Below are positions 38,427 to 49,300 of a stretch of 64,000 nt of DNA, one piece after another. The translations under genes and the position numbers were made by a program. Within the stretch, counting starts at the first letter, position 1; every line of letters begins with the position of its first letter. The notes beneath the pieces were generated by a model, which had not been told where the DNA came from, did no database searches, and saw only the letters and a list, made by a program, of their open reading frames with translations. Origin of the DNA: Lama glama (lineage: Eukaryota); assembly GCA_028534125.1 (NCBI GenBank), contig CM052818.1, forward strand, positions 45,386,001 through 45,450,000, written 5' to 3'.

Positions 38427-38567
38427 CGGAGGCCCGGGCAGCATTCCAGGGCCCACAGTGGGGAATCTGATCTGTCTTTTCAGTTACTTTGCTCACTGTG
38501 GGTGCAAGCCACCGCGAGTTCTCTGGGGTAAACCATTTTGAAGAGTGTGGGCCCCGCAGGGCTGGCT
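38427..38567 (+). repeat. Copy 2 of a ~140-bp diverged direct repeat
   Basis: Matches copy 1 and interrupts the ERVL protease-like sequence. Confidence 0.9.
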
Positions 38568-39139
38568 TGTGGGAGTCAAATGATAAAGTGGGTTTTTTTT
38601 CTTTTTTTAAAGTAGGTTTTTGATTGACTCCATCATACATGGGCCTTGTGGATCCAGGACCCCACCCCACGGAGACCTTCCTGGACGTACGATTAGAATC
38701 CCACACTGGCTTCCCAGCTCCCAGGAGGCAGATTGTCACAGTAGGAACCAGCTAAGTGTCTGTCTCTGAAGCTCCCTCTTCTTCCAAAAAGTAACCAAGC
38801 AAGACCATAACCCTGGTGAAGTCAGAGGTCGTTTCTCCACTGAAGACTCAAATGATGCAGATTCATTCCTTAATTTGGGCTCTGCAGAGGCCTGAAGGTC
38901 CTGGAGGATGACAGCGGATTGTTGAAGCTTAGTCAGATGGTCCCTCCAACTGCAGCCACTGTTCCCACCGTGCTCTCTGCTGGGGCAAAATCCTCCAGTC
39001 GTGGCTTCTGTAGAAAGGCCCTTTCTCTGTCCACATATGCAGAGGGCACCAGCGATAGTTTTTTCACCCGGCAGGGCCTACAGTTCTCCTTCACTGCAGG
39101 GGTGCTCTGAGTCCTTGCCATGATTTGGTCCATGGGGAC

Positions 39140-39765
39140 TGTTACCAAACTAAACTTAGGTCCGCTCACCTGACATGCAGCAGAGCCAACCTGCTGGCAC
39201 CACGTTGTGGTGAAGGAAAGTGTGGTGTTTACTGCAAGGCGCCCAACGTGGAGCCAAGCAAGGAGAATGGGCAGCTCGGGTTCAAAAGACCCGAACTCCC
39301 TGATGGCTTTTGGGGAAGGGTTTTTACAGGGCTAGGTGAGGGAGAAGGCCCGAGGGTGCCTGATCAGCTCATGGACATTCTTTGATTGACTGGTGGTGCG
39401 GTAACCTGGTGGTGTTTTGGGAATCTCAGTCATCAACTCTGGTTCCAAGCCGTCTGGGGTCCAGGTGCTGGTGGTCAGCGTGCACTCCTCCACCTGGTGG
39501 GGGTTTCAGCTTCTGTAAAACAACTCAAGGCTGTGCCTCAGAACATTCTCTCTAGCCTTTGCGGAGGAATTAAGGGTTCTTGACTTTGTCTTATGGCTAA
39601 ACTATTATTAATTTTGTCTTGCTTGACTGATTTTCCTTTGTTTCTGCATTTTCTCACTTTTTGGATTAACTTTGCTCTTTAAAACTTGGGGAAGGCCAAA
39701 CAAAAGGCCAGAGACACAGAGGGGACTGTCTCTGGAAAGGCCCCGCAGGGTCCTCCTCAGTTTCT
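39140..39765. mobile_element. ERV1-class solo LTR (LTR39-like) nested in the ERVL RT
   Basis: Starts tgttaccaaactaaacttaggtcc and ends ctcagtttct; 4-bp TSD GGAC at 39136-39139 and 39766-39769. Removing it rejoins the RT motif HDLVHGD|LNCF. Confidence 0.85.
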
Positions 39766-40566
39766 GGACTTGAATTGTTTCAGAAGACGACAGGCTGGAC
39801 TACTCTGATGATGACCCCACGCTGATGGGATCCGGTGAACAGGAAGTATCAGGTATCATCCAGATGCTTTTGGAAGACACACATGTGCCAGAGGACTTGA
39901 TAAAGCCCTCCCACCTGAAGGAAGTTTCTGGAACTGGTTGGCATATCCCCACCAGAATGAACGTTCTGCCCCACACGAGGAAAAAGGCACAAAGCATGGT
40001 GAATCCCTACAGATTTTGGAGACAACAGATGTTACATTTCCGTGGGCTGCTCTGTCTCATTTTGAACATAGGCTCTCAGTGCTGTGGCCGGAGCGAGAGG
40101 TCTTCCTGGGTGACGCAAGCCTCAATGTGGGGAGCACTGCCAAATGGTCCCGATGGTCCAGCAGAGCCAGGGATGCTCCAAGCGCCTGTGTCAGACCCGA
40201 AGGCAATGGCACAGAGGCCCAGCGTTTCAGAGCAAAGCCATGCTCTCATCAGCAAGTAACTGTTCTCCGCTTGAGAAACAGCTCCTAGGCTGAGTGTCAG
40301 CTGCTGGAGACGCCAAGAAACCGTGACCCAGTGCTGAGCACCGTGAGCTCAGTGAGGTCTGAGCCATCGATCTGTGGGGCTGGGTGCGCCCAGCAGCAGT
40401 TAATCATCAGGGGAGGTGATTGTGCAGGACTGGGCTTGAGAAGGTCCCAAAGGCACAGGTAAGTGGAACGGGCAGGTGGCTCCCCTCCCACGGCATCGGC
40501 TTCTGCAGCATCCCTTCCTGTCCCCAGGCTGACCCCACGTCCCGCTGGGGAGTGCCTGTGGCTAGC

Positions 40567-40964
40567 TGTGTTCCTCTCCTCGGGCTGCAACAAAGTAGCA
40601 CAAACAGGGCGACTCAAAACAACAGAAATGTCCCACAGTTCTGGAAGCCAGAAATCTACAATCAAGATGCTGGCAGAGCCGTGCTCCTTCTGAAAACTGT
40701 AGGGGAGAATCCTCCCTTACGTCTTACAGCTTCTGAAGGTTGTCAGCAATCCTTGGCCTTGGCTTGTAGACGTATCCCTCTGTCGTCCGCGCGTGTGTGT
40801 GTTTCTCCCCATCTTATAAGAAAAGCAGTTACATGGGATTAGGGACCTCACCTTCACTAACTACATCGATAATTAACTTATTTCTAAACAAGTCACATTC
40901 GGAGGTCCTGGGGGTTAGGACTTTAACATATCTTTCGGGTGAGGACAGTATTCAGCCCACGACA
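40567..40964 (-). mobile_element. MaLR LTR (MLT1C/D-like) nested in ERVL pol
   Basis: gggctgcaacaaagtagcacaaacagggcgactcaaaacaacagaaatg...gaggtcctgggggttaggactttaacatatcttt...attcagcccacgaca. Confidence 0.85.
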
Positions 40965-42224
40965 CCAGTGGACGGAGAAGTCTGAGCCTGGTTTAAGGAT
41001 GGCTCTGCCTGACCAGTGGATCCAGGGTCCTGCTGGAATGGAGTCCTTGGCATCAAGGACTCACAGAGGCACAGCTCTGAAGGCGGTGGGGCAGGGGGAT
41101 CCCTTCGGGTGAGGGGGGGATGCTGAGCAGCACACGTGCCATCCTCATCAGCAGTGAGGCTAGACCCCTCGAATCTTGGTTCCCTGCCTTCCAGATAGTG
41201 GGTAAGCTAGCCAGTACCCTGTGCTAAATATCGTTCTGTTTCAACTGGTAAGAAGGGACAGCGTTACTGTAACAAAGAACCCCATGATATAAACACCCCT
41301 TTGTGTGCTTTCTTTGATCAGAAAACACAAATACATAAATATGCAAACAAAAAGCTTTCTAGGGTAAGGTGATGCAGAGCACAGGGACTTGTGATGCTAA
41401 CAGGGAGGTAAAGGCGATGGGGTGAGGAGACAACAAACTGTCAGCTGGTTTGTACCTTGGCCCCACTCTTTTCACTCAAGCCGTCTGTTTGCAGGGGGAG
41501 AGAGTGAGAGAGAAAACAGGCTTTGGAACTGGCCTGGTTCTCTGAACCTCTCCGAGCCTTGGTGTCTGAGCTAACATGGGGCAATGAATTCCAGGGGACA
41601 TGCTGGTCTATGGAAGCATCTCCAGGCGATGCTCCTTGAAAGAGGTGCTTGTGGAAGATAGGAGGAGACTCGGAGGATCCAGGTTTTGTGGGACCTGAAG
41701 CTCATTCAATTTGGGAAGCCCTGCTTGAGAAAAAGAGGACACAATTGTGAGTACAAAATTGCCAGCTTCATTCTGGAAGTAGGGGAAGCAGCAGGGGAGA
41801 CGCAGCTGGAAAGAGATCTGTGGAAAGTCAGGTCCAACTAGCAGCCCTCTAGGCCGCTGGAGACCAGCGATCCCAAGTCGGGGAGGGCATGTGGGGCGCA
41901 GGACAGGGAGAGGGCCTGCAGAAGGGAACTGGTGTGTGCGTGTGTGCACGCGCACGTGTGCAGGACGGGCCTGAGGACATCGGGCTGCTCCTCCCGGAGG
42001 TGCTGGACCCTCTCGGGTGCTCATGTTTCCCTCGGGGAGGGGAAGGGAGGGCCAGAAAGGGCCGGATCTGGGGGCCCCCCGGGTCTGAGGGAGCCAGCCA
42101 GCCGGTGTGATTACAGGAGAAAACGATTCTGGCAGGAACTTCGTGAGCAAATTAAAGGGAGAGAGAAGCAGCAAGGCAGGGAGCGGAGAGGGGTGGCTCC
42201 TGGCTCACTGGGCGTGATGAGGCG

Positions 42225-42300
42225 ACCCACGCCGGCAGAGGCCACATAATGCAGGCTTTATATGTCAAGGAGGAGGCGGAGCCTGGTGGCGGCCCCACCG
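42225..42300 (-). promoter_or_regulatory. Candidate core promoter (GC box + TATA-like)
   Basis: ggaggcggagcc at ~42272-42283 and minus-strand CATATAAAG at ~42255-42263, in a locally CpG-richer patch. Confidence 0.2.
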
Positions 42301-43849
42301 TCTGGGCCGTTCAGACTTAAGACAGGGAGAAAAGTAGAGAATTCGACCTGAGGGGACGTGTGGGATCAGGGAATCAGCAGGAGGAGAGAGTCTGTCTCCT
42401 GTTAGAAACATAAATGGTGAAGGGAAGGGCTGAGAGACAGGGGTGGGGAGGAGACGGCACAAGCAGGCCAGGTGAGTGGAGAGCCCCTGGCCGGCCCTGT
42501 CCTCACCAGAGCCTCCTGTACATTAGCCACAATCCCTAAGAATGTGGCATCACCTCTACAGGTGTAGGTCAAAGAGGCTTCAGAACTTGCTCAAGAACAT
42601 AGGCCATCATGTGGCCTCTCTCTCCCCAGATGCTGTTTCCCCGTGCTGCACAGCGGGGTTCGTGCCCTTCTGCTCGTTTGTCTGAAGTGCCCTTTGCCCG
42701 TATCATCCTCCCTTCATTGTCTCTGCATCACAGGTCGTAGCGGCAGAGCCGGGAGTGGTTCCTGGGGCCGGGCATCACAGGCGGAGGAGGGCTGTGAGTG
42801 GCCAGCCAGCTGGGCCCCCTGCAGAGAAGGACGTCTTTCTCCACTGGATGCAAACGTGCCCTCCACTCATGGAGCCGGTCAGAGGTGGTCCCACCCCAGA
42901 AGCTGCTTCTCCTAATTTTCAGACTGCGTGGCTGCCTCAGCCCAGCTCAAGGTCCTCTGTGACCTGTGTGACCTTCCCCCCACCAACTCCAATCTAAGCA
43001 GACCGTCCCACACACCCTCTCCAGCTTCCCTGCCTCCTGGGGGCCCAGGGGAGAGCCCAGCCCACCCACACACTGCGGGCAGGGCATGGGGAGGCCAGGA
43101 GCAGGAGAGAACTGGCTGGGCAGGAAGGATGATCTTAGCAGTTGGGGAAAGGTTGGCTGGAAGCTGTCGGGGAAATGATTCTTGTGATTAGAGGGAGGCC
43201 AGTGGATCTGTTTCGGAGTCCAGAGACTTTGAATCTGGTGACGGGCCAGCCTGAGTCCGCACTGTCCCAGCAGGGAGAACCGGGAAGCACAGGCTCACCC
43301 TCCCGCTGCGCAGGTGGGGAGACTGAGGCCCGGAGCTGGGACCTGGACCCAGCCCTCCTTCTCAGTCTGGCTGACCTTCTTAGGCACCATCCATCCGCCA
43401 GCAGCGCCTGGACCCTTCCCTGCAGGCCTGCCCCCAGGCCCTGTGCAAAGAACAAATGAGAAGCCCCACCCAGGGGAGAGAGCCGAGCAAGCCCTTGGCA
43501 GGCAGCTCTGGAGAACGGAGACGTCACCCACAGCAACGGTTAACTCGCCAAACGTCAAATTTGAGATTTCAGTTGGCTTTTGGGCCGCACAGCCCAAAGC
43601 GCAGGGCTCTCTCATGAGAAGCTGGCAGCGAGACACTCCCCCTGCACGTGGCCTCCCAGGACCCAGAGCCGCTCTGTTCGTCTTCCAACTGGCAGGAGGT
43701 GCAGTTGGGTCCCCAGGGGTCTGTCCCAAAGCCTCAAGTCAGCCCGGGGCAAAGAAGTGGGGGTACCTCCCCTCTCCTGCCCCGCCTGCCCTGCCTCGCC
43801 ATCTCCTGCCTACCGTTTCCCGAGCACTAATGTAAGTTTATAATTCAAA

Positions 43850-44170
43850 CTGCCTTCCTATGATTATGAGAGAAATCCGCGATCATGAGAAACTCAGAAA
43901 ATAGGAAAAGTGGATGAAGAAGGCGAAAATCACTCATAATCGCACATCTGAGTGATCATAGTGATACTGTGGACTGCATTCTTCTAGGCCTTTTCAACGT
44001 ATAAAGACGACTTCAGAAAAAATAGTCATAACTGAATCCCACTGCCTGCTGTTTTGTATGCTGGATTTTGTTTTGTTTTGTTTTTTGTAACCCAATATAA
44101 TATTCTGTGATTTTCCCACATCAATGAGCATTCTCTAAAACAAAATTCACTTTTTTTAAGCCTACATTTT
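43850..44170 (-). mobile_element. L1ME-like 3' fragment
   Basis: aaactcagaaaataggaaaagtggatgaagaaggcgaaaatcactcataatc pattern. Confidence 0.5.
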
Positions 44171-44434
44171 TGGAGAGGTTATGATACCATGGTGCCTGGC
44201 ATGTGGTAAATTCTCACTGCCAAATAAATATCTAAGTAAAAACACCAGTTCGTTTCTGCATTCCACGACTTCCACCTCTGAGCCGGCTGGTCTCAGGTCT
44301 GACTCAGGCCGGGCAAGACAGACACGAGAGATTTGGAGGCACCCGTGTAATGAGGGGTGGTGCAGGCACTAACGTTAAGAGCATACATGCATTATCCCGT
44401 CAACCCACACAGCAAAACTGTCAAATGGGACAAT

Positions 44435-44920
44435 GGGGCAGAGATGGCCTATTTTCCCCCAGTGTTCCTGCCCCTTCTTTCTTAGCATAAGGAACCTAAT
44501 TTTAGCTGGACACATGGCTGCTGGAATAAAGATTACATTTCTCAGAATTCTTCGTTGCTGAGTGTAGCATGTGACAAATTTTGTCCAAAGGTTTTAAGCC
44601 AAAGTGTTGTTTGTGACTCCCAGGAAGTGTCCTTTAAAGAGAGCGAAGTGTTGTTTGTGACTCCCAGGAAGTGTCCTTTAAAGAGAGCATCAGAGAACCC
44701 CACTACGCTCCTTACTCCTTCCTCCTAGCTGGAAATAGGGCATGATGGCTGGAGCTTGGCAGCCATCTTGGGCCTGGAAGTGAAAAGGTTCCTGCTGAAG
44801 GTGAGAGAACAACAAGAGAGAAGAGGCCTGGATTCCTGAAGATTGTAAAATCACTCTGCCAGCCTGAGACTACTTACCTGTAGAAGTTTCCATAAGAGAG
44901 AAATAAATTTTTATCTTGTT
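44435..44920 (+). mobile_element. Old MaLR LTR (MLT1J-like)
   Basis: ggaataaagattacatttctcag, tgatggctggagcttggcagccatcttgg, gagagaaataaatttttatcttgtt. Confidence 0.7.
44602..44688 (+). repeat. Perfect tandem duplication, 44-bp period
   Basis: aagtgttgtttgtgactcccaggaagtgtcctttaaagagagc at 44602-44644 and 44646-44688. Confidence 0.97.
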
Positions 44921-44994
44921 AAAAAAAAATTGTATGGCAGGACTTTTAGAGCCCTGGGCTCTCCCCATAGACAGCTCCCTACTATTAGGGAATG

Positions 44995-45200
44995 TTGTTA
45001 ACATTTACTGAGTGCCTACCACTTGCCAGGCATATTATATACCTTATTTAATTAAAATTAATATAATTTAGCTTAGTTTAATTTTACCAACAAACCTGCG
45101 ATGTTAGTTATTATCCCCATTCTACAGGTGAAGAAACTAAGGTTCAGAGAGACTGAGGAACTTGTCTAAATCACACAGACAATGATAGAGTCTCACTTCC
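44995..45200 (-). mobile_element. MIR SINE
   Basis: acatttactgagtgcctacc...attatccccattctacaggtgaagaaactaaggttcagagagactgag. Confidence 0.8.
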
Positions 45201-46279
45201 CAATTCCTGTTTTTCTCACTCTCTCTCTCATTGCCTCCCAGATTCTCCTGGGTTCATGTGATTTTGCTTCTGAAAAGAAGAGCTCCAACCTGAGAAGTTC
45301 AAGTTCACTAAAAGGGGCTTTTTCTTCTTGTTTTCTGCCAGCCTCGCGTTGGAGATGAAGTTCCAGAAACCGAGCCATTTCTCAGGGATTTGAAGGAAAA
45401 CTGACATCATGTTTTAATATCGGTAAGTTATTTTCTTTCTCTGCTTCAGGAAAAAAAGAGGCCCGTCGTCAGCTATAATAAATCCAACTCAATTACCCTT
45501 ATTATAGTGATTACCATTCATGCCACTCTAATTGGCTTCTCTCGGCATTTTCATTAAGAACCTGCATCTTCAAAGGTTTATAACTCAGACACATTTTCCC
45601 TTGGAGCTGAATTTTGACTTTAACGGCCAGATCGGGAACCCAGGCGCCGGAGGTGCTGCCACAGAACGAAGCCCGGCCTCCAAGCCAGGTCTCTGTGCCT
45701 CAGATGGTGGGAGCAGTTCTGCGCAGACAGCTGGTCGCTCCGCACAGTTGTCTCCACATGGATCTGAGTCTTGCTGGGACAGGTCCCAGGGCTTGTCAGA
45801 TGGTAGCAGGGCCACGGCCTGGCTAAGGCCAGGCTCCAGCCAGGACTGGGGCAGCTCATTTCACTGTGAAACAGCCCCTCCAGGGGCCCACCCCATGGGG
45901 CGGAAGGAGGCCAGGACAAGGAATCAGAAGACTGGACTGCAGTCTTCACTCTGCTCTCGGCCACCAAGTGCTTGGCCCTCTGCTTCCCCATCTTCAAATT
46001 GGATAATAATTGTCGTGAGGCTCAAATGGGATCAACCGTGGAAAGCACTTAGGGAGCGTGCTGTGCAAATGTGAGTCTATTATGGACCCCAGGACACCAG
46101 GTTTCTCTCTCTCAAGGGGGCAGCTAGGACAGGCTGGTTTTCTGGGCCCACAGAGTCACAAACTCAAGTCAGTTGTGCCAGCGGGTGTCAGGCCATGGAG
46201 AGCGGCGTCCCCTCCCCTCAGGTGGATGGGTGCCCAGATGGCTGAGGGCCCCCTGCAGGGCAGAGAGGCAGGGCCTCTC

Positions 46280-46390
46280 AGAATGTCCTGGGTTCAAATC
46301 CTACCACTCCATTTATTTTGGGCAAGTCTCTCACTTCTCTGAGCCCCAGTTTTCACTTGCATAAAGTGCAGATAATAATTCTCACTGTAT
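46280..46390 (+). mobile_element. MIR SINE
   Basis: cctgggttcaaatcctacc...ttgggcaagtctctcacttctctgagccccagttttc. Confidence 0.75.
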
Positions 46391-46519
46391 ACAATGCAGG
46401 CCAGCCCAGGTTGGCCCTCGACACCTGCCAGCAGGACGCCTCCATGTGGACATTGTGTCCACACCACGATCTCGCTCAGTCCAGGACTGGCTCCTGAGCT
46501 TCCCTCCCGCCCTAGGCCC

Positions 46520-47730
46520 TCCCTGAACTGGGGCATCACCTGAGCTGGGGACCTGAGTGTCTCCGGGTCCTTGTTTCTCACATGCAACATCCAGGCCGTC
46601 ACCAGCCCTTTTCAATTGTGCCTCCTAAATTTGGGGAGATTTCCTCCTCCTTTTTCACCTTCAGCTTCTCCTATGGAGGTAGTGACAGCAGTCCCCACTC
46701 TGGTTCCTGCCTCCATTCTGCCTCGACACCACTGCCCAGCTGGCCCGACCGCATAGTGAATGCGTCAGCGTGGACCCTGCTGACATGCCCTCCCCACAGC
46801 CAGCATCCCAGCACCACCCAGACCGCCCCCCAGCTCCTTCCAGGGTGAGCGCAGCTGCCTGGCAGGGCCACTCCACCTCCTCAGCCCCAGCCCTGGCCTC
46901 AGCTGGCCTCCCTCCAACAAGAACAATTGCTCCTGGCCGCCTGCCCTGACACACTGCTCTCGCACCTGTGTCTTTGTTCCAGTAGCCCCTCGGCGACATG
47001 TCCTTCACCTCCTCTTTTTGCTTGACTGACACCTTCTCAGCTTGTAGGACCTGGACCGGGAGCACCTCTCCATCAGAGCCTCGCCCACCCTCCTCCCTTC
47101 CCTGGTGCTGCCAGCCATGCTCTTCCTGCAGGAAGCAGAGGACAGGGGAGCCTCGACCGGAGTCGGCATTCGGGGCTCTGCAGGGAAAGGGTCTGGCAGG
47201 TCTTGGTCTCCCCAGTTCCACAGAGTACCATTCAGGGCTGAGCACTGGGTTTCAAAGCTCACTAGGACACAGACATGCCAAAACAATCCACAGAGCAGTG
47301 ATCATCCAGGTAATCCTGAAAGTCCTAATGGATCTCCCTTCCTCTGGTCTCCTCCTTCTCCAGTCCTTCCTCTCCTAGGCTCCCAAAGGGGTCTTTCCAA
47401 AATCATTTAGATGATGTTACATCCATTGCTCTCTGGGCACACAGCCCAAGGCTTGGCATTCAGGGCCCCTTACCTTCTGGCTCCGTTCTTGTGCCCCCGC
47501 CTGGACTCCCCACCCCTCACCGTTGCTGCAGGGCTGTTTCTCATGGCAGGAGTGCCTTGACTCACTCCTGCATCCACTGTGGAATTTCCACTGGGCACCC
47601 AACCCTGAGCTGGGCAGTGGGGATAAAATGGCAACCAAGGCATGGCCCTGCCCTGAGGACCCAGAATCCAGGCCCCTGTGCTCCCCATTGTATGGTCTGT
47701 GTCTATTCAGTGAATGAATGAGTGAATCAA
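46520..47730 (+). mobile_element. L2 fragments including the 3' end
   Basis: acatccaggccgtcaccagccc...cctcctaaat and terminal tattcagtgaatgaatgagtgaat. Confidence 0.5.
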
Positions 47731-47890
47731 TTAATAAGGTAAACAGATGACTGAGTTCAAAGAAGTTGCCCTGAGAGAAGAGGTAGGAAAGGTTAATGAG
47801 TAAAGTGATGCACTTTTATGCATTCCTGTCTGGGGGAGGGGGGTTGGGCAATAATGTAATTTCTGCTAGAAGGAAAGTGTGACAGCAGGT

Positions 47891-47959
47891 TGTCATGGTC
47901 TCAGTGTTGTGTCACTTCCCCACCTACATTCCTGTGTTGAAACTCTAACCCCCTACCCG

Positions 47960-47990
<31 letters not shown>

Positions 47991-48295
47991 GTGATGGTAT
48001 TTGGAAGTGGGGCCTTTGGGAGTAGTTAGGTTTAGACGAGATGGTGAGGGTGGGGCCTCCATGATGAGATTAGTGTCCTTATAGGAAGAAGAGAGACCAC
48101 GGTTCTGTCTTCACCCTGTGAAGACAGCCAGAAGGTGGCCGTCTACAAGAAGGGAAGCAAGCCCTCACCAGCAAACGGATCTGCTGGCACCTTGATCTTG
48201 GACTCCCAGCCTCCAGAACTGTGGGAAATCAATGTCTGTCACTCAAGCCACCCAGTCTGGTGCATTTTGTTATAACAGCCATGCAGACTCATACA
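47891..48295 (+). mobile_element. MaLR solo LTR (MLT1A/B-like) with an internal (CA)n
   Basis: TG...CA termini (tgtcatggtc...gactcataca); perfect 5-bp TSD CAGGT at 47886-47890 and 48296-48300; (CA)n at ~47960-47988. Confidence 0.92.
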
Positions 48296-48659
48296 CAGGT
48301 GAAATGCCACAATCACACCTGCATTGAATTCTCCTGATAAGAGAGAGTCCTCCATGGAGCACACCTGCATTGGGTGCACAACACGCCTCCAGATATGCCA
48401 AGAAAATGTGCCCAGACGGATGCTCAGGGCTCAGGGCCCTGGTCAGCCTCATACAGAAGAATCTCCATGCTCTGGGGACCACAGAGGACACCTCAGCCAG
48501 TGACCTTTCAATTCTGTGCCCTTCACTGCATTGTCACACAGGCTTTCGGCTCTCCTCCTCCATCCTCACTGACCTGATGCAGTGTTGACCATGAGCCAAC
48601 ACATGCCAAGTTTAACCCACATCTCCTCATAGTCTGTCTATTGAAGGACTGACAACATC

Positions 48660-48930
48660 TTTTTTTAATTTTAAGGGCAAAAATGTACATTACAGAGAAT
48701 TTGGAAATTATAGAAAGATAAAAAAAATTAAAGTCACTTGTAGTCACAATTAATTACAGTTAACATTTTGTTAGATTTCTTTCCATTTTGCTCCCAGTAA
48801 TTTCCTATGGGCTTTTCCCCCCAAATGGGATCATGTTATAGATATAATTTCATGCCCCTTCATTCACTGGTGTGTTTGGCTAACGTTGTATGTAAGTATC
48901 TTCACATGTCATTAACTGTTCCTTCATTTG
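48660..48930 (-). mobile_element. L1ME-like 3' fragment
   Basis: acattacagagaatttggaaattatagaaag...acagttaacattttg. Confidence 0.5.
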
Positions 48931-48949
48931 TGGATTTTGATTTTTTGTT

Positions 48950-49300
48950 TCTTCATTCATTCAACAAGTGCAGGTTCCGAGGCAGCTGGGTGTGTGGTGG
49001 GCACTGAAAACGCAGAGATCATAAAACATGTGGTTCCAACCTCTGAGCAGGTTCCCACCGGGTGGGAAAGCTGGGTGGTAAATGGTCTTTTGAAGGGTGA
49101 CAAGGGTTATGAGGGAGAAGCATGGATGCTCTGGGTACAAACAATAGGAAGGCCCACCTGGTCTGGAGAATTTGTCAGGAACTGGGGTCAAAACCAAGAT
49201 CTCAAGGCTGTGTGGAAGTATCTCAATCCAGGGTGCAGCTGAGAGGGGATGTTTGAAGCAGAGCAGCCCGAGGTCTGGGAAGTGCAGGGAGCATAGGAGG
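48950..49300 (-). mobile_element. L2 3' fragment
   Basis: ttcattcattcaacaag... antisense L2 tail. Confidence 0.55.

Larger units (their letters stand above)
36600..41290 (+). mobile_element. Decayed ERVL endogenous retrovirus (5' LTR remnant, gag, pro, RT/RNase H, LTR-like 3' end; integrase apparently deleted)
   Basis: gag: NLFCQKLGERM*EWI and DKADFINIAALSK at ~37605-37725 (cf. ERVL NLYRQKSGEHVWEWI, DQAEFIDMGPLSR). pro: CGPPV at ~38408 and a GPVGP-like segment at ~38640. RT: GSWRMTADC*-LSQMVPPTAATVP at ~38896, YSDD at 39801-39812, GSGEQEV, KKAQ..RFWRQ. RNase H: AWFKDGSA at ~40986. LTR/PBS-like junction at ~36915. Outer boundaries are uncertain. Confidence 0.85.

Noticed and set aside
39825..40259. 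144-aa ORF with RT similarity as a functional or domesticated gene
   Set aside because: It is part of the decayed ERVL pol. It has internal deletions and frameshifts, excludes the YxDD motif, and the upstream RT is split by an LTR.
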